From: an uncultured Myxococcales bacterium
GTDB lineage: Bacteria > Myxococcota_A > UBA9042
Length of the DNA: 64,000 bases
Assembly (NCBI GenBank): GCA_903929795.1
Contig: CAIYWC010000179.1
Span: forward strand, 539-64,538
Reading direction: 5' to 3'
Shown here: one piece after another, positions 1 to 9,001 of the stretch
How positions within the stretch are numbered: the first letter of the stretch is position 1
Layout of the letters: the number at the start of each line of letters is the position of its first letter
The notes under the pieces: generated by a model
What the model was told of the DNA's origin: nothing
The model's input: only the letters and a program-made list of their open reading frames with translations
Databases searched by the model: none
Translations under genes and position numbers: made by a program

Positions 1-584
1 CGGCCACCACGCTGAAAGGCAGCGGAACCACATACTTCACGACCTTTTTTGTCGAGTCGCAAAATGGCGCCGCCGCGGACGGCAGCTGGGCCGGCATCCA
101 GGTCATCGTCAACGCCAGCCCGTTCAGCGTCAACGTCGGCGACGTGTTGCAAATTACCGGAACTATTGATGAATTTTACTGCATGACCGAGATCAGCGCC
201 GCGCCTGCGGACGTCGTCGTCACCGGCAACGTCGGCGCCACGGCGCCGCACAACATCCAGGTCAGCGCGTTTGCGGACAACAGCACGGCGGAGCCCTTCG
301 AAGGCGACCTCGTGCACATCAGCGTCGTCCAAGTGGGTGATCCCAATCCAATTTCCACCGACGGCAAGACCCATGGGGAGTGCGCGATCAACCACAACGG
401 CGGCGCGACGACCGTGCTTTTCGCGCCGGCCACCGGATCCGCCTATCTGGGCACGAGCACCAACGGCACGACGACAACATTCACGGCTGGCCAAGCATTT
501 TCCAGTATTACCGGGAACTTGGAGTGGTCGTTTGGCCAGTGGCTCATCCGCGCGCGTTCCGACGCGGACATCGTCCTCCAATGA
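1..584 (+). CDS. 3' part of a beta-rich, exported-looking hypothetical protein; the 5' end lies outside the window and the frame starts at nt 3
   Basis: Open frame from the window edge to a stop at 584. Gly/Thr/Ser-rich beta-sandwich-like composition. GC3-rich codon usage. The stop overlaps the methyltransferase start (ATGA at 581-584). Confidence 0.5.
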   Translation, partial: ATTLKGSGTTYFTTFFVESQNGAAADGSWAGIQVIVNASPFSVNVGDVLQITGTIDEFYCMTEISAAPADVVVTGNVGATAPHNIQVSAFADNSTAEPFEGDLVHISVVQVGDPNPISTDGKTHGECAINHNGGATTVLFAPATGSAYLGTSTNGTTTTFTAGQAFSSITGNLEWSFGQWLIRARSDADIVLQ

Positions 585-1819
585 GCGGTGTGCAGCTGAC
601 GTGGCCGGGCCGCCATCCGCCACCGCTGCCGACCGTGCATAACCTGGCGCCAATGCTGACGATCCCGGGGCGCGTGGCGGGGATCGGCGCAGCACGGCTG
701 CTGGCGGGACCGGCGCTGGCGGTGCTGGATCGGCTGCTGCAAGAAGGGCGTGCGGGGCAAATCGACCTCGCCTACCTGGATCCGCCGTTTGGCGCGGGCG
801 TCTCGTGGCCACGGCGGCGGGACGTGCAGACCGCAGAGGGCCAAACCGCGCAGGATGTGATCGCCTACGAGGATCCGGCGGACGATCTCGTCGACTGGCT
901 GCAGCACCTGGATGCCGTATTGGATCGCGTGCACCGGCTGCTGTCGCCGCGCGGGGCCGTGTACCTCCACCTGGATTTTCGCCGCGCACCGCACGCCCGG
1001 CTGCTGCTGGACGAGCGCTTTGGCCCGGCGAATCTGCGCAACGAGATCGTCTGGGCATACGGCCTCGGCGGGTCGAGCAAGGACCGATTTGGCCGCAAGC
1101 ACGACGTGATCCAGTTCTACACCCGGGACGCCAAGCAGGCGTATTTCCAGGCGCCGCTGCAAAAAGCGACGTCGCAGCGGCTGAAGGGACAGTCCAAGCG
1201 CGCGACGGACGTGTGGCAAACCGCGCACGCGGGCGCGGACGCGCAAATTGCCGGCGCGTGGCCAGATTCTCTGGTCGACTTGACGCTGTCCAATAGCGAC
1301 GGCCAGCGCACGGGCTATCCGACCCAGAAACCGCTGGCGCTGTTGGAGCGGATCGTCCACGCGTCGCTGCCGCCGGGCGGGGTGGCGCTGGATCCGATGG
1401 CCGGCTCAGGCACGCTGGGGATCGCGGCGGTGCGCGCGGGCGGGCACGCGATCCTGGGCGATCGCAGCCCGGTCGCGCTGGACGCGTGCCGCGGGCGGCT
1501 TGTGCAAGCGGGCGCGGCGGTGCAGCTGGACAATGTGGACGCGACGCTGGCGGTTCGGCGCTTGCCGCAGCCGGGCGCACGGCTGGTGGGCGATCGCGTG
1601 ACGCTGCTGGCGCCGGACATGGCCGGGCGCGGCCCGGATGCGCTGTCGGCGTGGGGCGTGACGGACGGCGCGGGGCAGGTGCTGGCCTGGTGGGATGGCG
1701 GTGCGCAGCGGACCCGCGAGGCGGTCGTGGCGGAGCTGACGCTGGCCGGCGGCACAGCGCAGGAGCTGGTGGCGATCGACCTGGAAGGGCAGTTCTGGCG
1801 CAGCGCGCTGGTCCGGTAA
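581..1819 (+). CDS. Beta-class DNA methyltransferase; the DPPF motif suggests N6-adenine (or N4-cytosine) specificity
   Basis: Catalytic motif IV LAYLDPPFGAG lies N-terminal and SAM-binding motif I LDPMAGSGTLG lies C-terminal (beta permutation). The start at MSGVQLTW is chosen from the ATGA overlap with the upstream gene. No restriction endonuclease gene is adjacent. Confidence 0.8.
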   Translation: MSGVQLTWPGRHPPPLPTVHNLAPMLTIPGRVAGIGAARLLAGPALAVLDRLLQEGRAGQIDLAYLDPPFGAGVSWPRRRDVQTAEGQTAQDVIAYEDPADDLVDWLQHLDAVLDRVHRLLSPRGAVYLHLDFRRAPHARLLLDERFGPANLRNEIVWAYGLGGSSKDRFGRKHDVIQFYTRDAKQAYFQAPLQKATSQRLKGQSKRATDVWQTAHAGADAQIAGAWPDSLVDLTLSNSDGQRTGYPTQKPLALLERIVHASLPPGGVALDPMAGSGTLGIAAVRAGGHAILGDRSPVALDACRGRLVQAGAAVQLDNVDATLAVRRLPQPGARLVGDRVTLLAPDMAGRGPDALSAWGVTDGAGQVLAWWDGGAQRTREAVVAELTLAGGTAQELVAIDLEGQFWRSALVR

Positions 1820-1975
1820 GGACACCAACAGAATCAAGTCGTTGACCGACAAATTTGTGGCGCCGCGCGTATCGCCACGGGCGGGCGCGCTTGGCGACCC
1901 GGCGTTCAGCAGAGGGCGCCGACTGAAAACGCTTGAAACATCGAATTGTTGTCGTTGGCGCCCCAACGGCCGCGA

Positions 1976-3412
1976 TCAGGCGCCGTCGCCCAAGCCTTTG
2001 CCAAGCGCCGCGAGCAAGTCCAGCAGCGCCTTGGACTCGGCATCGAACGACGCGCGCTCACGGGTGGCAACCGCCGGCTGGACCACGTCGCCCAGCGTCG
2101 CCGGATCCAGGTATTTGCTGTTGTGCTTGACGCCAAAGTGCAGGTGCGGCCCGGTGGAAAGGCCCGTCGAGCCGACAAAGCCGACGACCTGCCCTTTGTG
2201 CACGCTGTCGCCCGGCTTGACCGAAGTGGCAAATCGCTGCAAATGCATGTATTCCGTCAGATATCCGCCGTCGTGCCGCAGCCGCACCACGTTGCCGGCC
2301 GCGCCCGAACGCTCCGCCGACACCAGATGGCCGTCGCCCGCCGCATAGACCGGCGTGCCCACCGAAGCGGCAAAATCGACGCCAAAATGCGCCTTCATCT
2401 TGTGGAGAATCGGGTGCATGCGGATCCCGAAATTCGACGTCTGATGGCCTACTTGCAGCGGCTGACGCAGAAACAGCGGCTCCAGACCTTCGCCATCGGG
2501 CGCGTAGAGATCGCCGTGGAAATTCAGCGCGACCGTCCGGCCGTCCTTGGGCTGCAGCACGCTGCGATGTTCCAGCGCCGCGACGCCGAGATAGCGCTCC
2601 ACGTGGTCGCCGTCCACCAGCTTGTCCAGCACGATGCGCAGTTCGTCGCCGGTGTGCAGCTCGATGGGCCGCAGCAGGCGGTCGGTCAACATGGGCTGGA
2701 GCAGTTCCACCAGGCCTTCACCCTCGCCACAGCGCCGCAGCGACGCTTCCAGCGTGCCGATGATGCCGCAGCGCAGCGCCGTGCGGATGACCGTTCCCGG
2801 CAGGCCGCCTTCGCTGACTTCAAAACCGTCCGCCGTGCGCTGGATGGTCAAGCCTTCCGCGTGAACCGGCGCGACGACCAGCGTCTGCAGCCCGCTTGCG
2901 TCCATGACGCCTGCCGTGTCAAAGCGCGCCCAAAGCCGCCAACCTGCTTGCAATTTCTGCGGGTTGCGCAGCTGGGTGTAGGCCGCCACGACCTGCCGCG
3001 CCGTCTCGCCGTGGATGAACAGCCGCGCCAGCGCTTGCGACAGGCTCTCACCCTGCTCCACCAGCACGGAACGCGTGATGCCGGGCGTCGACTCCGGCTG
3101 GCCACCGGGCGTCGACTTGGTCGAAGTCAGACGCACCGCCGGCTGCGCCTTGCCGAGCACAGCGTCAACCCGCGCGCCGCTGGGCTGACCGGTCGGGCCC
3201 ATCGCGGTCGCGTTTTCCGGCAGCGCGCCTCTGTTTTCCGCGTCCTGCAGCGTACTCAGGCGCGCCATCGGCTCCAGCGGCGCCAGCTCCGGCGCGGCGT
3301 GCCACATCGACCAGCCATTGGCCACAACCACCGCGAGGATCACCGCCACCGCGGCAACCGACGGCAGCACGGAGCGTCTCTCGTAGCGATGGCTCAGACT
3401 CAGGCGATTCAA
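1976..3412 (-). CDS. M23 family metallopeptidase (LytM domain) with N-terminal membrane anchor
   Basis: C-terminal motifs FGVDFAASVGTPVYAAGDG...GYLTEYMHL...GSTGLSTGPHLHFGV are the M23 HxxxD / HxH signature. N-terminal hydrophobic segment. Confidence 0.8.
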   Translation of the reverse strand: MNRLSLSHRYERRSVLPSVAAVAVILAVVVANGWSMWHAAPELAPLEPMARLSTLQDAENRGALPENATAMGPTGQPSGARVDAVLGKAQPAVRLTSTKSTPGGQPESTPGITRSVLVEQGESLSQALARLFIHGETARQVVAAYTQLRNPQKLQAGWRLWARFDTAGVMDASGLQTLVVAPVHAEGLTIQRTADGFEVSEGGLPGTVIRTALRCGIIGTLEASLRRCGEGEGLVELLQPMLTDRLLRPIELHTGDELRIVLDKLVDGDHVERYLGVAALEHRSVLQPKDGRTVALNFHGDLYAPDGEGLEPLFLRQPLQVGHQTSNFGIRMHPILHKMKAHFGVDFAASVGTPVYAAGDGHLVSAERSGAAGNVVRLRHDGGYLTEYMHLQRFATSVKPGDSVHKGQVVGFVGSTGLSTGPHLHFGVKHNSKYLDPATLGDVVQPAVATRERASFDAESKALLDLLAALGKGLGDGA

Positions 3413-3596
3413 GGCCAGCAGCTCCAGCGGAAGTCGTTTGCGACGGCGAGGAGATAACGCAGACGTAACGGCTCTGTCAACTGGAAGTCGCGTTCAAAAT
3501 GCCACGGCTGTGTCAGGCGCCAATGGCCCGCCGCGGCGCTTGTGATTCATCGACTCGGGCGCTACACTGCACGCCCTTTCAAGCACCTGTGGCACC

Positions 3597-5108
3597 GTGC
3601 AAATTCGCATCACCAACAGCCTGACCCGCCAAAAAGAGCCGCTCCGGACGCTGCATCCGGGCAAGCTGGGCCTCTATGTCTGCGGCGTGACCGTGTACGA
3701 CTTCAGCCACGTCGGCCACGCCCGCGTCTACATCGTGTTCGACGTGGTCCAGCGCACCGCGCGGCGCATGGGCCTGGATGTCACGTATGTACGCAATTTC
3801 ACGGATGTCGATGACAAGATCATCAACCGCGCCAACTTGAACGGCGAGACGACCGAGACGCTGACCAACCGGATGATCGCCGCGTTTCACGAGGACATGG
3901 ACCGACTGGACTGCGAAAGGCCGCAGATCGAGCCGCGCGTCACGACGCACATGCCGGAAATTATTGCGATGATTGAGCAGATCATCGCCCGCGGCCACGG
4001 CTACGTGGTGCCAGGCGAGCCGCAGCCGGACGGCGCGATCGCCGAGGACGTCTACTTTGACGTGCGGACTTTTGCACCGTACGGCGCGCTCTCCGGACGC
4101 AGTCAGGAAGACAATACGGACGGCGCGAGCGAGCGCGTGCAGCACGACGCGCGCAAGCACAATCAGGCAGATTTTGCGCTGTGGAAGTCCGCCAAGCCTG
4201 GTGAACCATTCTGGAATTCGCCGTGGGGCCGGGGCCGACCGGGCTGGCACATCGAGTGCTCGGCGATGGCGTGCAAGCACCTGGGCGAGACTTTTGACGT
4301 GCACTGCGGTGGCAAAGATCTGGTGTTTCCGCACCACGAAAACGAGATCGCGCAGGCGCGCGCGGCCAACGGCCACGAGTTCGCGCGGCAGTGGATGCAC
4401 AACGGTTTCGTGACGATTGACTCTGAGAAGATGTCGAAATCGCTGGGAAATTTCTTTACGATTCGCGACGTTCTGGCGCGCTTTCATCCGCAGGTCCTGC
4501 GCTATTTCCTGCTGACGGCGCACTACACGCACCCGCTGAATTTCAGCGATCGGGCGCTGGAAGATGCGCAAAAGCGCGTGCTGTCGATCTACGAAAAGCT
4601 GGCGGCGGCGGAAGCGCTTCTCGCGGCGCGCGGGATGCACATCGGCGGGCGGATCGACGAGCCAGTGCTGGAAGTGGTCGAAATGGCTCGGGAAGAGCTG
4701 CGGGAAGCGCTGTGCGACGACTTCAATACGCCGCGCGCGTTGGCTGCGCTGTCGGAGCCGATCACGGCGCTGTCGCTGGCGCTGGACAAGCCCAAGGCGG
4801 CGGGCGCCATCGACGTCGTTGCGCAAGTGCGCGCTTTCCTGCATGAAGCGTCGGGCTGGCTGGGATTGTTTCAACATCCGCCGGCAGCCGTGGTAGAAGC
4901 GATCGTGGCGCAGGCGCGCGATCGGCTGTTTCCGCCGGGCAGCGAGGCGCTGGCGAGCGTGGAGCTTCTGCTCGCGGAGCGCCAGGCGGCGCGCGCGGCC
5001 AAGGATTGGAAACGGGCCGACGAAGTGCGCGAAGCGCTGACGCTGGTGGGCGCCGAAGTGCGGGACACGCCGCAGGGCACCGTTTGGCGGCCGCGTTTGG
5101 CCGATTAG
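3597..5108 (+). CDS. cysS: Cysteinyl-tRNA synthetase
   Basis: HIGH-type motif (HVGHARVYIVFDVV), KMSKS motif, and zinc/cysteine-binding residues typical of CysRS along the full length. Confidence 0.95.
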   Translation: MQIRITNSLTRQKEPLRTLHPGKLGLYVCGVTVYDFSHVGHARVYIVFDVVQRTARRMGLDVTYVRNFTDVDDKIINRANLNGETTETLTNRMIAAFHEDMDRLDCERPQIEPRVTTHMPEIIAMIEQIIARGHGYVVPGEPQPDGAIAEDVYFDVRTFAPYGALSGRSQEDNTDGASERVQHDARKHNQADFALWKSAKPGEPFWNSPWGRGRPGWHIECSAMACKHLGETFDVHCGGKDLVFPHHENEIAQARAANGHEFARQWMHNGFVTIDSEKMSKSLGNFFTIRDVLARFHPQVLRYFLLTAHYTHPLNFSDRALEDAQKRVLSIYEKLAAAEALLAARGMHIGGRIDEPVLEVVEMAREELREALCDDFNTPRALAALSEPITALSLALDKPKAAGAIDVVAQVRAFLHEASGWLGLFQHPPAAVVEAIVAQARDRLFPPGSEALASVELLLAERQAARAAKDWKRADEVREALTLVGAEVRDTPQGTVWRPRLAD

Positions 5109-5150
5109 AACCGCAAGCTGGCCGCGCATCGCCGCGGCAGGGAGAGACTG

Positions 5151-5369
5151 ATGGATCCAGATTTCGTTCGTGAATTCAGTGTATTGGCAGCGTTCACCGG
5201 CCTCTACATCGTCGGCTCGATCTTCTTGCTCAAGGGCCACAAGACCGACCTGTCAGCCGTCAGCAACCACGGCGCGCTCTCGTCGGATTCGGGGGCGCCC
5301 ACGCCGCAGCGGCTCAATCGCCGCCGCAAGGCCATCGCCCGCGATCAGGCCACGAAATCGGCGGAATAA
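5151..5369 (+). CDS. Small hypothetical membrane protein (72 aa)
   Basis: Single hydrophobic helix (LAAFTGLYIVGSIFLL). GC3-rich codons. Lies 43 bp downstream of cysS. Confidence 0.4.
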   Translation: MDPDFVREFSVLAAFTGLYIVGSIFLLKGHKTDLSAVSNHGALSSDSGAPTPQRLNRRRKAIARDQATKSAE

Positions 5370-5460
5370 GCGCCGCCCGTGCGGTGTCTACCTCAGTCGG
5401 CGTCCGGCATCCTTGCACGGCGCGCTGCGTCCGCACCCTTGATTCCCGCCATGGAGTTCT

Positions 5461-7332
5461 GTGATGACCGCAAGCGCCACCTCGGCCAAGCCGCGTGAAG
5501 TCCGTGATTCTGTTGTGATTCGTTTCGCTGGCGACTCCGGCGACGGCATCCAACTGACCGGCAGCCAGTTCTCCGCGGCGTCGGCGTTGGCCGGCAACGA
5601 CACAGCGACCTTTCCCGATTATCCGGCGGAAATTCGCGCACCTACGGGCACGCTCGCCGGCGTGTCGGGCTTTCAGCTGCATTTTGCCAGCCGGGACATC
5701 CTGACGCCCGGCGATCGCGCGGACGTGCTGGTTGTGATGAATCCCGCAGCGCTGGCAGCGAATCGCAAGTGGCTCAAGCCAAACGGGATTTTGATCGCCA
5801 ATGCCGATGCTTTTCAGGCCAAGAACCTGCGGATGGCCGGCTACGCGGAGAATCCGCTGGAGGACGGCTCGCTGGCCGACTACCAGCTGTTCCAGATCGA
5901 CCTGAGCCGGCTGACCAACGACGCGCTGCAGGGCTATGGGCTGTCGGCCAAGGAGGTCGAGCGCTGCAAGAATTACTTCGCGCTGGGGCTGGTGTTTTGG
6001 CTCTTTGAGCGCAACGGCGACCTCGTCGAGGACGAGATCCGCCGCAAGTTCGCGACCAAGCCGCTGCTGCTGGAAGCGAACCTGAAGGTCTTCCATGCCG
6101 GCTGGGATTACGGCGAAAACACGGAGCTTTTTGCCTTGCGCTACGGCGTTCCAGCGGCGCAGGACATCGCGCCGGGCACGTACCGGAGCATCGCCGGCAA
6201 CGAAGCCGTGGCGCTTGGCCTTGTCGCGGCGGCGCACAAGGCCGGTCTGGAGCTGTTCTACGGCAGCTATCCCATCACGCCGGCGTCTGATATTCTTCAT
6301 ACTTTTGCGGGGTTGAAAGAATACGGCGTGCGCACTTTTCAAGCCGAGGACGAGATCGCCGCGATTTGCGCGGCGATCGGCGCGGCGTACGGTAACCAGT
6401 TGGCGGTCACCGGTACATCCGGACCCGGCATCGCGCTGAAGTCCGAGGCGATGGGCCTGGCGGTGATGACGGAGCTGCCATTGGTGATCGTCAATGTTCA
6501 GCGTGGCGGGCCGTCGACCGGCCTGCCGACCAAGACGGAACAGGCTGATCTGCTTCAAGTTTTGTACGGTCGCAACGGTGAGTCGCCGCTGCCCGTCCTC
6601 GCGGCGCGCAGTGCCGGTGATGCGTTTGACACGGCGTTTGAAGCGGCGCGGATTGCCATCAAATACCGCGTGCCCGTGGTGCTGCTGACCGACGGCGCGA
6701 TCGCCAATGGCGCGGAACCATGGAAGATTCCGGACGTGGACAGCTTGCCGACGATTGACCCGAACCTGCTGGACGACGCGGCGAAGCTTGATGGCCAGCC
6801 GCTGCTACCCTATCTGCGCGAGCCGGAGACGCTGGCGCGGCCGTGGATCAAGCTGGGGACGCCGGGGCTGGAGCACCGCATCGGCGGCATCGAAAAGTGG
6901 GAGAAGACCGGGCACATCAGCTACGACCCGCAGAACCACCACAATATGGTCAAGGCGCGGCAGGCGAAAGTCGATGCAATCGCAGCGGAAATTTCGCCAA
7001 CCGAGCTGGCGGGCGCGGCGCAAGGCGACGTGCTGGTGCTGACATGGGGCTCACCGTATGGCGCGGCACTGACGGCGGTGCGCGAGCTGCAGGCGCAGGG
7101 CCGCGCAGTGTCGCACGCGAACTTGCGCTGGCTCAACCCGTTGCCGCCGGACCTTCGCGCGATTCTGCAAAAGTTTCGGGTGGTACTGGTGCCGGAGATC
7201 AACAACGGGCAGCTCGTCAAGGTGCTGCGCGCGGCATACGCACTCGACATTCAGCAGTACAACCGCATCTCTGGCCAGCCACTGACCGTGGCTGAGCTGC
7301 GCGACGCCATCGTGGCCGTCCTGCCGCACTAA
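5461..7332 (+). CDS. korA: 2-oxoacid:ferredoxin oxidoreductase, fused gamma/alpha subunit (KorA-type)
   Basis: Shows the N-terminal gamma-like domain and pyruvate/2-oxoglutarate:ferredoxin oxidoreductase alpha domain of the two-subunit KorAB family. About 620 aa, as in mycobacterial KorA. Confidence 0.85.
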   Translation: MMTASATSAKPREVRDSVVIRFAGDSGDGIQLTGSQFSAASALAGNDTATFPDYPAEIRAPTGTLAGVSGFQLHFASRDILTPGDRADVLVVMNPAALAANRKWLKPNGILIANADAFQAKNLRMAGYAENPLEDGSLADYQLFQIDLSRLTNDALQGYGLSAKEVERCKNYFALGLVFWLFERNGDLVEDEIRRKFATKPLLLEANLKVFHAGWDYGENTELFALRYGVPAAQDIAPGTYRSIAGNEAVALGLVAAAHKAGLELFYGSYPITPASDILHTFAGLKEYGVRTFQAEDEIAAICAAIGAAYGNQLAVTGTSGPGIALKSEAMGLAVMTELPLVIVNVQRGGPSTGLPTKTEQADLLQVLYGRNGESPLPVLAARSAGDAFDTAFEAARIAIKYRVPVVLLTDGAIANGAEPWKIPDVDSLPTIDPNLLDDAAKLDGQPLLPYLREPETLARPWIKLGTPGLEHRIGGIEKWEKTGHISYDPQNHHNMVKARQAKVDAIAAEISPTELAGAAQGDVLVLTWGSPYGAALTAVRELQAQGRAVSHANLRWLNPLPPDLRAILQKFRVVLVPEINNGQLVKVLRAAYALDIQQYNRISGQPLTVAELRDAIVAVLPH

Positions 7333-7363
7333 TCGACCCGCATTTTGCTCCGGAGGCGTCGCC

Positions 7364-8383
7364 ATGACACTCGCTACCGACATTGCGCTCAAGCCCAAGG
7401 ATTTCGCCACCGACCAGGACCCACGCTGGTGCCCGGGCTGTGGCGACTACGCCATCCTCGCGGCCGTGCAGCGCGCGCTCGCCAAGCAGGGCGTGCCGCC
7501 GCACGAGATCGCGACGATCGCCGGGATCGGCTGTTCCTCGCGTTTCCCGTACTACATGGCAACCTACGGTTTTCACACGATTCACGGCCGCGCGCCCGCG
7601 GTCGCGACGGGCCTCAAGGTCGCGCGTCCCGACCTGCAAGTCTGGGTCGCGACGGGCGATGGCGACTCGCTGTCGATTGGCGGCAACCACTTCATCCACA
7701 TGCTGCGCCGCAACGTGGACCTCAAAGTGCTGCTGTTCAACAACCGGATCTACGGCCTGACCAAGGGCCAGTATTCGCCGACGTCCGAGCTGGGCAAGAA
7801 GACGAAGTCGTCACCACAAGGCTCTGTGGACAATCCGTTTTTGCCCATGTCGCTGGCGGTGGGCGCGGAAGGCAGCTTCCTCGGTCGGTCCATTGACGTC
7901 GACGCCAAGACGCTGGCAGATGTGCTCGCAGCGGCTGCGGCACACAAGGGCACCGCGCTCGTGGAAATTCTGCAAAACTGCAATATTTTCAATGATGGCG
8001 CGTGGGATCACCTGTCGAGCAAGGAATTCCGCGCTGACCAGACGATCCTGCTGGAGCATGGCAAGCCCATGATTTTTGGCGCAAATCGCGACAAGGGCAT
8101 CCGGCTGCGCGGGCTGCGTCCGGAAGTTGTGACGATTGGCGAAGGCGGCGTGACGCTGGACGACTTGTGGATCCACGACGCCCACGACGAAGATCCCACC
8201 CGCGCGTTCTTGCTGTCGCGCATGGAATACCCACAATTCCCGGTGCCGGTGGGCGTGCTGCGCTCGGTGCAGCGGCCGGTGTACGACGCGCTTGTCAACG
8301 CGCAGGTCGCCGAGCAGCGCGCCGCCAAGAAGGCCAATTTGCAAGGGCTGCTCAACGGCCGGAGCACGTGGCTGGTGGCGTGA
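7364..8383 (+). CDS. korB: 2-oxoacid:ferredoxin oxidoreductase beta subunit (TPP-binding)
   Basis: CPGCGDYAIL cysteine motif and the TPP-binding GDG...N motif (VATGDGDSLSIGGNH). Directly downstream of korA. Confidence 0.85.
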   Translation: MTLATDIALKPKDFATDQDPRWCPGCGDYAILAAVQRALAKQGVPPHEIATIAGIGCSSRFPYYMATYGFHTIHGRAPAVATGLKVARPDLQVWVATGDGDSLSIGGNHFIHMLRRNVDLKVLLFNNRIYGLTKGQYSPTSELGKKTKSSPQGSVDNPFLPMSLAVGAEGSFLGRSIDVDAKTLADVLAAAAAHKGTALVEILQNCNIFNDGAWDHLSSKEFRADQTILLEHGKPMIFGANRDKGIRLRGLRPEVVTIGEGGVTLDDLWIHDAHDEDPTRAFLLSRMEYPQFPVPVGVLRSVQRPVYDALVNAQVAEQRAAKKANLQGLLNGRSTWLVA

Positions 8384-8530
8384 ACGGCCCGCAGCGGGAA
8401 TGCGACAAAGCGGTGACGCCTTGCACCCGAACCGCAGACGCGGAGGCGGCGGGGCGACGGCCAAAGAGTGGCGCGGATTCGCGAACGGGCTATGCTGCAA
8501 AGACGGCGCTTCACCGTCCAGGAGGAAAAC

Positions 8531-8881
8531 ATGGAACTCACAGTTGCTACGAAATTTGGCCAGGAAGGCAACATTGTCGCCATCGATGGGTCGGTTCAGA
8601 AGCACTTGGAAAAGAAACTGGAAAAGCTGGAAATTCGTTGGGGAAAGCCGGTGACGGCACGCGCGGCGTTGGAAGAAGTGGCCGTGGGCTACGACTGCAC
8701 GCTGACGATTACCCTGCACGGGACGCCTGAGCTCGTCAGCCACGGCCACGCGGACACGCTGGTCAAGGCCGTGGATACCGCCGTGGAACGCGTGACGCGC
8801 CAATTTGAAGCGGAAGTCGACAAGCGCACAGGCCGCGAGCGGCAGCGCAAGAACGGCGCGACAAAGCCGGTCATCAGCTGA
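8531..8881 (+). CDS. hpf: Ribosome hibernation promoting factor / RaiA family (short form)
   Basis: MELTVATKFGQEGN...LEKKLEKLE...AALEEVAVGYDCTLTITLHGTP aligns with the HPF/YfiA fold. The start is chosen at the ATG preceded by GGAGGA; the ORF table start at 8468 is probably too early. Confidence 0.7.
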   Translation: MELTVATKFGQEGNIVAIDGSVQKHLEKKLEKLEIRWGKPVTARAALEEVAVGYDCTLTITLHGTPELVSHGHADTLVKAVDTAVERVTRQFEAEVDKRTGRERQRKNGATKPVIS

Positions 8882-9001
8882 AACGCGCAGCGGCGGCCGC
8901 AAGAGATGGCAGCGGCTTGAAAAAATGCCGGGCGGAACTGGCGCGGGAATCCCGACTCGCATAGCATGAGCGGTGTCGCGATCGCGCGGCTCGGTGGCTC
9001 C

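Noticed and set aside
1946-3457. 503-aa + strand ORF antisense to the M23 peptidase gene
   Set aside because: The translation is Arg/Ala/Gln-rich with no domain. This is typical spurious antisense ORF in high-GC DNA. The opposite strand encodes a well-supported M23 peptidase.
3579-5240. 553-aa - strand ORF antisense to cysS
   Set aside because: Arg-rich and low-complexity. The + strand is an unambiguous CysRS.
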